The notes under the pieces are model-generated. The model saw only the letters and a program-made list of their open reading frames with translations. It was not told the origin of the DNA and searched no databases. Shown here in pieces: positions 36,500-49,724 of a stretch of 64,000 bases of DNA. Source of the stretch: Squalus acanthias (taxonomy: Eukaryota); contig CM059431.1 in NCBI GenBank assembly GCA_030390025.1, positions 148,244,001-148,308,000 of the forward strand, read 5' to 3'. Position 1 is the first letter of the stretch. Every line of letters starts with the position of its first letter. The position numbers and the translations under genes were made by a program.

Positions 36500-39400
36500 A
36501 TTTCTGTGTCTCAGTCTCGACCTCGATCTCGGATTTGTCTCAATCACTCTCTCTCAGTCTCTCACAGTCTCTCTGTGTCACTCTCTGTCATTTTCTGTCT
36601 CTTTGAAACTCTCTGTCTCACTCTATCTCCGCCTCTCTCAATCACTCTCTGCCATTCTCAATCACTCTTTGTCTCACTCACTCTATCTCCGTCTTTCTCA
36701 CTCTCTCTCTGCCATTCTTACTCACTCTCTGTCTCTCTCACTAACTCTATATGTCTCTCACTCAGGCTCTGTCACTCTCACTCACTCTCTGTCTCTATCA
36801 CTCACTCTCTTTCTCTCTGATTCACACTCTGTCCCAGTCACACTCTGCCTCTCTCACTCACTCTTTTCCTCTCTAACTCACTCACTGCCTATCTCACTCA
36901 CGAACTCTATATGTCTCTCACTCACTCTCTGTCTCTCTCACTCACTCTCTGTATCTCTCACTCACTCTCTGTCTCTATTACTCACTCTCTGCCTCTCTCA
37001 TTCACTCTCTGTCCCACTCACTCTCTGCCTCTCTCACTCAATGTCTGTCTCTCTCACTCACTGTCTCTCTCACCCACTCTCTGTTCTCTCACTCACTGTC
37101 TCTATTACTCACTCTCTGCCTCTCTCATTCACTCTCTGTCCCACTCACTCTCTGCCTCTCTCACTAACTCTCTGCCTCTCTCACTCACTCTCTGTCTCTC
37201 TCAATCGCTCTCTACCTCTCTTACTCAATCTCTGTCTCGCTCAGTCTCAGCCTATTTCACTCACTCTCTGCCTCTCTCACACACTGTCATTCTCTTTCAC
37301 TCACTCTCTGTCTCGCTCACGCACTCTCGGTCGCTTTCAAGCACTCTCTTTCACTATCACTCACTCTCTGTTTCTCTCACTCACTCTCTACCACTCTCAC
37401 TCTCTGTTTCTCACACACTCTGTCTCTCTCACACACTCTCCGTCACTCTCACTCTCTCTCTGCCATTCTCATTCACTCTCTATCTCCCTCACAAACTCCA
37501 TATCTTGCTCGCTCAAGCTCTGTCTCTCTCACTCACACTCTCTCTCTCTCTCTCTCACTCTCTGTCTCTGTCACACACAGTCGTTCTCTTTCACTCACTC
37601 TCTCTCACGCTCACGCACTCTCGGTCTCTCTCACTCAATCTCTGCCTATCTCCCTCACTCTCTGTCTCTGTCACTCACTCTCTGTCTCTCTCTGTGTCTC
37701 TGTTGGTATGTTTCACAGCCCAAAGTCTCTGTTTATCGCACTGTCTATCTATTTAATTGTCTCTGCCTCTCAGTCTTTCCCTTTTGTCTCACTCTCTCTG
37801 TCTCTCTCTCTCTCTCTCTCGCTGTCTCTCTCTCTCTCACTGTCTCTCTTTCTCACTGTCTCTCATTCTCACTGTCTCTCTCTGTATCTCTCTCTCTGTC
37901 TCTCTTGCAGCCTGCCTCTCTGTGCCTCTCTTACTCTCTCTTTGCCTCTCTCACTCACTCTCTGCCTCTCTCACTGAATCTCTGTCTCACTCACTCTCTG
38001 CCTGTCTCACTCAATCTCTGTCTCTCTCAATCAATCTCCGTCTCTCTCACTCTTTCTAGCTCTCTCACTCACTCTCTGTCTCTCTCACTCTCTCTCTGTC
38101 TCTCTCAATCAATTTCTGTCTCTCTCACTCAATCTCTGTCTCTCTCTCACTCACTCTCCGTCTCTCAAACTCAAACTCTGTCTCTCTCAATCACTCTCCG
38201 TCTCTCTCACTCAGTCTCTGTCTCTCTCATTCAGTCTCTGTCTCTCTCACTCACTCTCTACCACTCTCAATCACACACATACTCTCACAAACCCTCTGTC
38301 TCTCTCACTCACTCTATTTCTATCTCACTCACTCTCTGCCTCTCTCACTCACTCTCTATCTCACTCACACACTGTCGTTCTCTTTCACTCACTCTCTGTC
38401 TCGCTCACGCACTCTCGGTATGTTTCATGCACTCTCTTTCATTATCACACACTCTCTGTCTCTTTCAAGCAATCTCTGTCTCACTCACTTACTTTCTGTC
38501 TCTCTCACTCACTCTCTACCTTCTCACTCACTCTCTGCCTCTCTCACACAATGTCGTACTCTTTCACTCACTCTCTTTCTCGCTCACGCACTTTCGGTCT
38601 CTCTCACTCACTCTCTGACTCTGTTACTCACTCTCTGCCTCTCTCACTCGCACTCTACCTCTCTCACTCAATCTCTATCTCGCTCAGTCTCTGCCTCTCT
38701 CACTCAATCTCTGTCTCTCTCACTCACACTCTGTCTCTCTTACTCACTCACTCTCTCCCTCAATCTTTCTCTCTCACTCAATCTCTGTCTCTCACTCAAT
38801 CTCTGTGTCTCTCACTAATTCTCTGCCTCTCACACTCACTCTCTGTCTCTCTCACTCACTCTCTGTCTCTCTCACGCACTCTCTGTCTATCTCACTCACT
38901 CTAATTCTCTCTCAATCACTCTCTGTCTCTCTCACTCACTCTCTGTCACTCTCAGTCACTCTCTAACACTCTCACTCACTCTCTGTCTCTCACACTCTCT
39001 GTCTCTCTCACTCACTCTCCGTCTCTCTGACTGACTCTCTGCATTCTGACTCACACTCTGTCTCCCTCACTAACTCCATATCTTGCTCACTCAGGATATG
39101 TCTCTCTCACTCACTCACAGTCTCTATCACTCACTCTCTTTCTCTCTCGTTCACTGTCTGTCCCACTCACTGTCTGCCTTTATCACGCACTCTCTGTCTA
39201 TCTCAATCACTCTCTGTATCTCTCACTCACTCTCTACCACTCTCACTCACACTCATACACTCACACACTCTCTGTCTCTCTCACTCACTCTCTTTCTCTC
39301 TCATTCACCATCTGTCCCTCTCACTCTCTGCCTCTCTCACTCACTCTCTGACTCCCTCACTCACTCTCTGACTCTCTCACTCATTATTTTCCTCTCTAAG

Positions 39401-42400
39401 TAACTCACTGCCTATCTCACTCACTCTCTGCCTCTCTCACTCGCTCTTTGCCTCTCTCACTCACTCTCTGTTTCTCTCAATCACTCTCTGTTTCTCTCAT
39501 CACTCGCTGTCTCTCTCACCCAATCTCTGTCTCCCTCACTCTCTGCCTGTCCCACTTAATCTCTGTCTCTCTCACTCAATCTCTGTCTCTCTCTCACTCA
39601 CTCTCTGTCTCTCTCACTCCCTCTCTGTCTCTCTCACTCAATCTCTGTCTCGCTCACTCTCAGCCTGTCTCAGTTAATCTCTGTCTCTCTCACTCAGTCT
39701 CTGTCTCTCTCACACAGTACCTTACTTTCTCAATCAATTTCTGTCTCTCTCACTCATTTTAGCTCTCTCACTCACTCGCTGTCTCTCTGACTCAATCTCT
39801 GTCTCGCTCACTCTCTGCCTGTCTCACTTAATCTCTGTCTCTCTCACTTAATCTCTGTCTCTCTCACGCACTCTCTTACTCTCTCAATCAATCTCTGTCT
39901 CTCTCACTCATTCTTGCTCTCTCACTCACTCTCTGTCTCTCTTACTCAATCTCTGTCTCGCTCACTCTCTGCCTGTCTCACTTAATCTCTGTCTCTCTCA
40001 CTTAATCTCTGTCTCTCTCATGCGCTCTCTTACTCTCTCAATCAATCTCTGTCTCTCTCACTCATTCTTGCTCTCTCACTCACTCTCTGTCTATCTCACT
40101 CACCCTCAGTCTCTCTCACTCACTCTCTGTCTCTCTCACTCACTCTCGGTCTCTCTCAATCACTCTCTGCCACTCTCACTCTCTCTCTCTCTGTCTCTCA
40201 CACTCTCTGTCTCTCACACTCACTCTCCGTCTCTCTCACTGACTGTCTGCCATTCTGAGTCACTCTCTGTCTCCCTCACTAACTCCATATCTTACTCACT
40301 CACGCTCTGTCTCTCTCACTCACTCACTGTCTCTATCACTCACTCTCTTTCTCTCTCATTCACGGTCTGTCCCACTCACTGTCTGCCTTTCTCACGCACT
40401 CTCTGTCTATCTCAATCACTCTCTGTCTCTCTCACTCACTCTCTACCACTCTCACTCACACTCATAAGCTCACACACTCTCTGTCTCTCTCACTCACTCT
40501 CTTTCTCTCTCATTCACCATCTGTCCCACTCACTATCTACCTCTCTCACTCACTCTCTGACTCTCTCACTCACTCTCTGACTCTCTCACTCATTCTTTTT
40601 CTCTCTAACTAACTCACTGCCTATCTCACTCACTCTCTGACTCTCTCACTCGCTCTTTGCCTCTCTCACTCAATCTCTGTCTCTCTCAATCACTCTCTGT
40701 TTCTCTCATCACTCGCTGTCTCTCTCACCCAATCTCTGTCTCCCTCACTCTCTGCCTGTCTCACTTAATCTCTGTCTCTCTCACTCAATCTCTGTCTCTC
40801 TCACGCACTCTCTTACTCTCTCAATCAATCTCTGACTCTCTCACTCATTCTAGCTCTCTCACTCACTTCCTGTCTCTCTCACTCAATCTCTGTCTCTCTC
40901 TCACTCACTCTCTGTCTCTCTCACTCCCTCTCTGTCTCTCTCACTCAATCTCTGTCTCGCTCACTCTCAGCCTGTCTCAGTTAATCTCTGTCTCTCTCAC
41001 TCAGTCTCTGTCTCTCTCACACAGTACCTTACTCTCTCAATCAATCTCTGTCTCTCTCACTCATTTTAGCTCTCTCACTCACTCGCTGTCTCTCTGACTC
41101 AATCTCTGTCTCGCTCACTCTCTGCCTGTCTCACTTAATCTCTGTCTCTCTCACTTAATCTCTGTCTCTCTCACGCACTCTCTTACTCTCTCAATCAATC
41201 TCTGTCTCTCTCACTCATTCTTGCTCTCTCACTCACTCTCTGTCTCTCTTACTCAATCTCTGTCTCGCTCACTCTCTGCCTGTCTCACTTAATCTCTGTC
41301 TCTCTCACTTAATCTCTGTCTCTCTCATGCGCTCTCTTACTCTCTCAATCAATCTCTGTCTCTCTCACTCATTCTTGCTCTCTCACTCACTCTCTGTCTA
41401 TCTCACTCACCCTCAGTCTCTCTCACTCACTCTCTGTCTCTCTCACTCACTCTCTGTCTCTCTCACTCACTCTCTGCCACTCTCACTCTCTCTCTCTGTC
41501 TCTCACACTCTCTGTCTCTCACACTCACTCTCCGTCTCTCTCACTGACTGTCTGCCATTCTGACTCACTCTCTGTCTCCCTCACTAACTCCATATCTTAC
41601 TCACTCACGCTCTGTCTCTCTCACTCACTCACTGTCTCTATCACTCACTCTCTTTCTCTCTCATTCACTGTCTGTCCCACTCACTGTCTGCCTTTCTCAC
41701 GCACTCTCTGTCTATCTCAATCACTCTCTGTCTCTCTCACTCACTCTCTACCACTCTCACTCACACTCATAAGCTCACACACTCTCTGTCTCTCTCACTC
41801 ACTCTCTTTCTTTCTCATTCACCATCTGTCCCACTCACTATCTACCTCTCTCACTCACTCTCTGACTCTCTCACTCACTCTCTGACTCTCTCACTCATTC
41901 TTTTTCTCTCTAACTAACTCACTGCCTATCTCACTCACTCTCTGACTCTCTCACTCAATCTCTGTCTCGCTCACACTCTGCCTGTCTCACTTAATCTCTG
42001 TCTCTCTCACTCAATCTCTGTCTGTCTCACGCACTCTCTTACTCTCTCAATCAATCTCTGTCTTTCTCACTCATTCAAGCTCTCTCACTCACTTTCTGCT
42101 CTCTCACTCAATCTCTGTCTCTCTCTCACTCACTCTCTGTCTCTCTCACCACACTCTGTCTCTCTCACTCCCTGTCTGTCTCTCTCACTCAATCTCTGTC
42201 TCGCTCAGTCTCTGCCTGTCTCACTTAATCTCTGTCTTTCTCACTCAATCTCTGTCTCTCTCACGCACTATTTTACTCTCTCAATCAATCTCTGTCTCTC
42301 TCACTCATTTTAGTTCTCTCACTCACTCTCTGTCTCTCTCACTCAATCTCTGTCTCGCTCACTCTCTGCCTGTCTCACTTAATCTCTGTCTCTCTCACTC

Positions 42401-43257
42401 AATCTCTGTCTCTCTCACGCACTCTCTTACTCTGTCAATCAATCTCTGTCTCTCTCACTCATTCTAGCTCACTCACTCACTCTTGTCTCTCTCACTCAAT
42501 CTCTGTCTCGCTCAAACTCTGCCTGTCTCACTTAATCTCTGTCTCTCTCAGTCAATCTCTGTCTCTCACTCACACTGTGTCTCTCTCACTCACTCTCTGT
42601 CTCACTCAATCTCAGTCTCGCTCACTCTCTGCCTGTATCACTTAATCTCTGTCTCTCTCACTCAACCTCCGTCTCTCTCACGCACTCTCTTACTCTGTCA
42701 ATCAAACTCTGTCTCTCTCACTCATTCTAGCTCTCTCACTCACTCTCTGTCTCTCTCACTCACTCTCTGTCTCTCTCACTCACTCTCCACCACTCACACT
42801 CACTGTCTGTCGCTCTCACACACAGATGTTTTCTTCCACTCACTCTCTGTCTCGCTCTCGCACTCTCGGTCTCTCTCCGTGCCTCTCTCACTCTCTCTTT
42901 GCCACTGTCACGCACTCTCTGTCTCTCACACTCACTCTCTGTCTCTCTCACCCACTCTCTGCCTCTCTCACCCACTCTCGGTCTCTGTCACAAACGGTCA
43001 TTCTCTTTCACTCACTCTGTCTCTCTATCTCTCTCACGCACTCTGTCTCTCTCAAGGAATCACTGCCTCTCTCACTCAATCTCTGCCTCTCTCACTCACT
43101 CTCAGTCTCCCTTATTCACTCTCTGCCTCTTTCACTCACTGTCAGTCTCTCTTACTCAATCTCTGCCTCTCTAACTCAATCTCTGTCTCTCTCACTCATT
43201 CTGTCTCTCTAATTCACTCTCTGACTCTCTCACGCACTCTCAGTCTCTCTCACTCAC
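36500..43257. repeat. ~6.7-kb pyrimidine-rich (TCTC/TCAC) satellite with higher-order duplication
   Basis: tctctcactcactctctg units; matching blocks 1307 bp apart (40020 vs 41327). Confidence 0.93.
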
Positions 43258-44420
43258 AGCCCCACCCTCTCTAACCCCACCCAATCACTTCCACTCTAAC
43301 CCCACCCAGCCCACCCACTATAACCCCGCCCAGCCACTCCCACTCTAACCTCAACCAGTCCCTTCCTCTCTAATCCCTCCCAGCCCCTTCCACTCTAACC
43401 CCACTCAGCCCCTCCCACTATAACTCTACCCAGTCCCTTCCTCTCTAATCCCTCCCAGTCCCTTTCACTCTAACCCCACCCAGCCCCTCCCACTCTAACA
43501 CACCCAGCCCCTTCCACTCGAAACCCACCCAGCCCCTCCCACTTTAACCCCACCCAGCCTCTTCCAATCTAACCCACCCAGCCCCTTCCACTCGAACCCC
43601 ACCCAGGCCCTTCCACTCTAACACACCCAGCCCCTTCCACTCTAACCCCATCCAGCTCCTCCCACTCTAACCCACCCAGCCCCTCCCACTCTTACTAACG
43701 CAGCCCCTCCCAGTCTAACCCCACCCAGCCCCTTCCACTCTAACCCCGACCAGCCACTTCCACTCTAACCCTGCCCAGCCCCTTTCCGCTCTAACCCCAC
43801 CCAGCCCATTCCACTATAACCCCGCCCAGCCCCTCCCACTCTAACCCCACCCAGCCCCTTCCACTCTAACCCCGACCAGCCACTTCCACTCTAACCCCGC
43901 CCAGCCCCTTTCCTCTCTAACCCAACCCAGCCCATTCCACCATAACCCCGACCAGCCACTTCCACTCTAACCCCGCCCAGCCCCTTTCTGCTCTAACCCC
44001 ACCCAGCCCATTCCACTATAAACCCGCCCAGCCCCACCCACTCTAACCCCACCCAGCCCCTTTCCGTTATAACCCCACCCAGCCCATTCCACTATAACCC
44101 CGCCCAGCCCCCCCACTCTAACCCTGCCCAGCCCCTTCCACTTTATCCCCATTCAGCCACTCCCACTCTAACACTATGCAAACCCTCCCAATTTCCCCAA
44201 CCAGCCCCTCCCACTCTCCCCCACACAGCCCCTCCCACTTAACACCACCTAGCCCTTCTCCCCACACCCTGTCCCTCCCACTCTACCCCAACCCTGCCCC
44301 TCGTACTATCACACCACCAAGGCCCTCCCACTCTGCCCCGCCCCTCCCACTCTCCCCCTCTCAGCCCCACCCACTTTTTCCCCACACTCAGCTCCTCCCA
44401 CTCTCCCACACCCTGCCCAC
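43258..44420. repeat. C-rich 25-bp minisatellite (CCACTCTAACCCCACCCAGCCCCTT), inverse of 810-3698
   Basis: Reverse complement of the G-rich array. Confidence 0.92.
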
Positions 44421-45029
44421 ACATGCTCTGACTTTCGAAAGTTAACTTTCCAGGTCTTGAGCCATTATATCTGCACGGTCACTACAACGGATTTAAATTT
44501 ACACTCTGTGATCCAACACAGGGAATGATTTCGCTGGAACTACAGGTCTAAACAAACCTTCTACAGCAACAACCTTCTGAGTGTCAGCTGGCTAGCGATA
44601 TTTCCATTGTTAACACTCATTCACAAAGTAAACCGGTTCCGATATTCTAGATGACCACAATCACTCCTAGATAGATCAGCCAGTTAGTCACAGTCAGAGC
44701 CGTTCCCTGCCTTAAAATGGTTGTGCAGCCCCCTGCCTCAAACTGCCCAGTTTACAATCTGATTGTGATATCTGATCTCACTGTGATGCGCAGTGTGAGG
44801 GTGAGGAAGGCTCTTTGATTTCTCGGTTTGACCCGTCCAGCTAAAGTGGCCTCACTTTCATAAAACAGTGTTTGGCAAAACCCTTGGGCTTCACTGAGGT
44901 TGCATATCCTTGATGTGCTAGAATACAACAAGAGGTTTCCATATGGCTACGACCCAGAAAAGAGGGTGTGTGGGTGATGTGCAGTGATGGGATTGTTTGC
45001 CTTCTTCCACTGATGTTAAGTAGTTGTCT

Positions 45030-45885
45030 ACATTTACAGAAACAGGAGGAGGCCATTCAGCCCCTCCAGCCCGTTCCCAATTGAATTACATCATGACTGA
45101 TCTGTATCTTAACTCTGTATCCCTTAATAACCTGCCGAACATAAATCTATCACTCTAAGTTTTGAAATTTTCAATTAAGCCCCAGCTTCAACAGCATTTT
45201 AGGGGGAGACGGTTGCAAATTTCCACGACCCTTTGTGTAAAGAAGTACTGCTTGGCATTACCCTTGAATTGCCGAGCTCTTTATTTAAGTTTATGTCCCC
45301 TTGTTCTGGACTCCCTCACCAGAGGAGATAGTTTCTCTATCTGACATATCAACTCCTTCAATTATCTTAAAAACCTCCATTAGATCACCCTTTATTCCCC
45401 CTCTATATTCGAGATGATACAAGCCTAGTCCGTGCAATCTGTCCTCATCATTTAACCCACTAAGCCCCGGTATCATTCTGCCAAATCTACGCTGCACCCG
45501 CTCCGAGATCCATATATTCTTGCTGAGGTGAAGTGTCCAGAATGGAACGCAATGCTCCAGATGGGGAGTAATCAGAGACCAAAGAACTGTAAGGTAACTG
45601 CCAAACCTTTGTATTCCAGTCCCCTTGAAGTGAAGGCGAACATTTCATTCACTTTTTAAATTATTTTCTTATACCTCATCTCCTCTTTCCTGCACTATCC
45701 CCATATCCCTTTGATTCCCTTAATATTCAAAAATCTATCGATCTCTGTCTTGAATATACTCAACGACTGAGCCTACACAGCCCTCTGGGGTAGATAATTC
45801 CAAAGATTCACCACCCTCTGAGTGAAGAAATTTCTCCTCATCTCAGTCCTAAATGGCCGATCCCTTATTCTGAGACGGTGACTCC
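45030..45885 (-). mobile_element. Two CR1 3' fragments
   Basis: QRRFGRMIPGL, FRTEMRRNFFTQRVVNLWN. Confidence 0.85.
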
Positions 45886-45889
45886 CAAG

Positions 45890-47253
45890 TCTGTCTCTTT
45901 CTGTGTCTCCTGCTTTTGTCTCTCTCTCTCTTTCTCTGTCTACCCCGCCTGTCGCCCCCACCTTTATCCCCGTCTCTCTCCCCATCCGTCGCCGAGCTGT
46001 CAGTCTCCCTGTCAGTCGGTCTCTCTCTTTGTCGCCCCATCTGTCTCTCCTTCTCTGTGTCTCCCCATTAGTCTCCCAGTCTGAATCACCCTGTCTGTCT
46101 TTTTATCTGTCTCTCGCGCTTGCCTCTTTCCCTCTCTCCGTCTTCCCCGTCTGTCTCCCCTTCTCCCCGTCTGTCTCGCTCTCTGTCTGTCCCGCTGGTG
46201 TAAGCCCATCTATCTTCATCAATGTCTCTCCTAACGTCCTTCAACCATACCGGGTCTGTCTCACGCTCTTTCTGTCTCTCCCTCTGTGTCGTCTCCCCGT
46301 CTGTTCTCTATCTGTCTCTCCACTGTCTGTCTGCCCCATCTGTCTCTCTCTGTCTCACCCCGTCTGTCTCCCCCTCATCAGTCTACCCTGCTGGTCTGTC
46401 TTTCCTTCTCCCCCCCGCCCCCCGCACGGGTTTCCCCGACTGTATATCTCTATCGGTCTCAACATGATCTGATCTCTTTCTTTCTCCCCGTCTGTCCCTC
46501 CTATCTCTCACGCTTTGTCTCCCTACCGGCTGTCTTCCCTTCTGCCTCCTCCTGTCTGTCTCCCCCATCTGTCTCTCTCTGTTTCACACACATCTGTCTC
46601 CTCCCCATCTCTCTCCCCCTCTCTCTCTCTTACTCTCTGACTCCCTCACCGGTCCTCCTCGTCTCCCTCCACCCCGTCAGTTTCCCGTGGTCTCTCTCTC
46701 TATCTCCACAGTCTGTCTCTCTCTCTCTCTCTCTCTCTGTCTTCACATTCTGTCACTTTTCCTCAGTCTTCACAATCTGTCTCTCCACCAGCTGTCACTC
46801 AAAGTCTCCCCCATTCTGTGTACTCCCTTTATCTCCATCAATCTCTCTCCCCTTCCTTATCCTGCCCCGGGTTCTGTCTCCCGCTCTCTCTGCCTCTCCA
46901 GCGTCGGTCTCCCCCATCAGGCTCCCCCGCTGGTCTGTCTCTCCTTCTGTCGCCCCACCGTCAGTCTCCCCCGTCTCTATTCCCGTCTGTCTATCTTTGC
47001 TGTATCAAACCCGTCTGATCTCTTTCCTTCTACTTTAATGTCTCTCCTCTCACTCTCCCTTCCGTCTGTCTCAATCTCTGTCTCCACCCCGTCTGTCGTT
47101 TTATGTGTCTCCCTGCATCTGTATCCCCGGTTTCTCACCACCGTCTGTATCCCCCTACCACCGTCCATCTCGCGCTCTCTGTCTCATTCCGTCTCTCTCA
47201 ACACCATCTGTCTGCTCACTTTGTTTCCGCATCATCTGCCCGTCTGTTTCCTC

Positions 47254-47296
<43 letters not shown>

Positions 47297-48075
47297 ACTC
47301 ACTGTCTCCCTTCCCCGGTTGTCTCTCCATCTGTCTCACTTCTTTTCTCCTCCTGTCTCACCCACCGTCTGTCTCCTCCGTCTGTCTCTCTCTCTCTGTC
47401 CAACTCCTATCGGTCTTTCTATATGTCTTCTTTTCTTCTTAGGCAGTCCCTTGAAACCGAGGATGACTTGCTTCCACGTTAAAAATGAGTTTTCAGGTGA
47501 CTGATGAGTCCAATGCGGGACCTACAGTCTCTGTCACAGGTGGGGCAGACGGTGGTTGAAGGGGCGGGTGGGTGGGGCGCTTGGGTTGAGGTGCGCTCCT
47601 TGAGTTGGCTGCGCATGACTTCCGCTTGGTCCTGGAGAAGGAACTCGAGGTGTTCGTAGCATTCCCGGATGTGTCTCCTCCACTTTGAGCCGTCTTGGGC
47701 CAGGGATTCCCAGGTGTCAGTGGGGATGTTGCACTTTTTCAAGGAGGCTTTCAGGGTGTCTATATGTCATCCAGTGTCTGACTCCCCGCCGCTCCTCCGG
47801 CACCCCACTCCCCGCCGCCGGTCTGTCGCTCTCTCTCTCTCTGTCTCCCCGCCATCTGTCTCGCTCTCTCTCTCTGTCCAACACCTGTCGGTCTTTCTAT
47901 ATGTCATCCAGCGCCGCTCCTCCTGCACCCCACTCCCCACAACCGGTCTGTCGCTTCCTCTCTCTGTCACCACACCCAGCATCTGTCTCGCTCTCTCTCT
48001 ATTTCTCCCGGTCTGTCACCAACAGTCTCTCCCCTGTCCTTCTCCCGCTCCCGCTCTGTCTCTCGTGCTTCTCCG
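45890..48075. repeat. CT-rich low-complexity tract
   Basis: Pyrimidine-rich simple sequence. Confidence 0.85.
47425..47760 (-). mobile_element. RTE (BovB-like) LINE 3' end
   Basis: WESLAQDGSKWRRHI and C-terminal CPTCDRDCRSRIGLISHLKTH finger. Confidence 0.8.
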
Positions 48076-48684
48076 CTGTGTAGTTTTAAACAACCTTCTG
48101 TTGTCCACTTGAGCAGTACCGAATTAAGTCTTCTGGTTATATCATTTTATTCTTCAACTTCACATAAAAAGCAATTTCCAAGCAGAGTATAGTCACAGAT
48201 AGAGCACACGAACGTAGGCATGTATCCCTTCTCATGCTGCTTGAACAAAGAAAACAGCTTCTATTGATACACTATTCCCTTTATCAAACTGGAAGCAGCC
48301 TTGCCTTATCTGGTAGTCTCCGGTCAAAAGCACCATCCTTCAGCCGATGCACACAAGTTTACAATTCTAGTACAACAACATTCGATGTTTACATTCAATG
48401 TACCATCCTTCAAACGGCTTCTACTTCAACAACCTCTCGCAAAAATTGCAATGATGTGTGGTGGGGTATTTTCAGTCTGGCAATACTATAAACATCCCAA
48501 GACCCGACTGCAATCTTCAACACTGGCTGTTGCTGAGTGAAGTCTGTATCTCTCTCTCTCTCTCCCTCTCTCTTTTTCTCTCCAATGATGTCAACTACAT
48601 TTTCCCATATTGAATGAACTAAACATGAACAACTTTCGGAATCTGAATTAATCGAGGACCACATGCCAACTGATAGCTCTTTCA

Positions 48685-48970
48685 AAGCGCCGGCACAGGT
48701 TCGATGGGCCGAATGGCCTCCTTCTGTGCTCTATCATTCTTTGATTCTATGATCCCCCGAGCATCTACTCTGTCAAGCCCTGTAAGAATTTTAAACGTTT
48801 CAGTGAGATCTCCTCTCATTCTTCAAAATTCCAGGGAATATAGGCCGAGTCTACTCAATCTCTCCTCAAAGGACAATCAACCCCATTCCCGGAACCAATC
48901 TAGTGAACCTTCGCTGCACTCTTCGAAGGCAAGTATGTCTTTCCTTAGGTACAGAGACCAAAATTGTGTT
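48685..48970. mobile_element. HE1/HER1-type 3' tail (+, 48685-48752) abutting a CR1 fragment (-, 48753-48970)
   Basis: gatgggccgaatggcctccttctgtgct...gattctatga; reverse-complement CR1 ORF2 C-terminus. Confidence 0.7.
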
Positions 48971-49724
48971 CAGGGGAGGAGATTCCCTTTATGTTAGGGG
49001 CTCGGAAACGGTTCCTTAGACTCCCAGCTAAGGTACAGTGCAACTGAGATCTCTCTGTAGCGTACCTGACTCCTCACCGGGTGAATTTCGTCCATTCCCA
49101 GGTACGAGACATGGTGAAAGACCACCTCCCGTGAAAGAGACTCCCACTGAAGCTGAAAGATGAAAATGGCCAACAAGATAGAAAGAAAGAAATAGACACA
49201 ACCGGAAGATCAGGGCTTGTCAAGGGTGGTGTGGAGTGCAGTGGGTTGGGGGTAGGGTTGTAGTGGGTGGGGAAGTAGGTGCATTGGGTGGGGTGTAGGG
49301 GGTGCCGCGTGTGGGGAATGGGTGGGGATCACTGGAATGGAGGTGTAGTGGGAGGGGTGGAGTGGGGTGTGGGCTGTGCTGTCAAAATGCTAACTTACAA
49401 ACAACGGACAGCTAATCCTGGGAGGCAAGGTCATGCTGTGTGTCCCTATGTGGGATGTTATGCATCCTCTAATCTGACTAACTAAAAACGCTGTCTCAAA
49501 CTCTAATACAAATTTGCGAGGAAATTGAAACTTGCGCAGTTCCAGTAAGACACAACCTATACATTAAACCCTTACATTTCTGCAGTAAAAACATACAATC
49601 ATTTAAACACAGTATTATTCCTGTCACAGCTTCATTCGCATAACCATAAATCTTTTAGGCACCCTTAGATTCTACCAGCACAATAACATTGCTAGACGAT
49701 TTCACTGTCCAACTCTGGCTTTGG

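Noticed and set aside
36354..38618. 754-aa ORF and other S/L/H/T-rich ORFs in 36-48 kb
   Set aside because: By-product of stop-poor CT/CA simple sequence; no domain motifs
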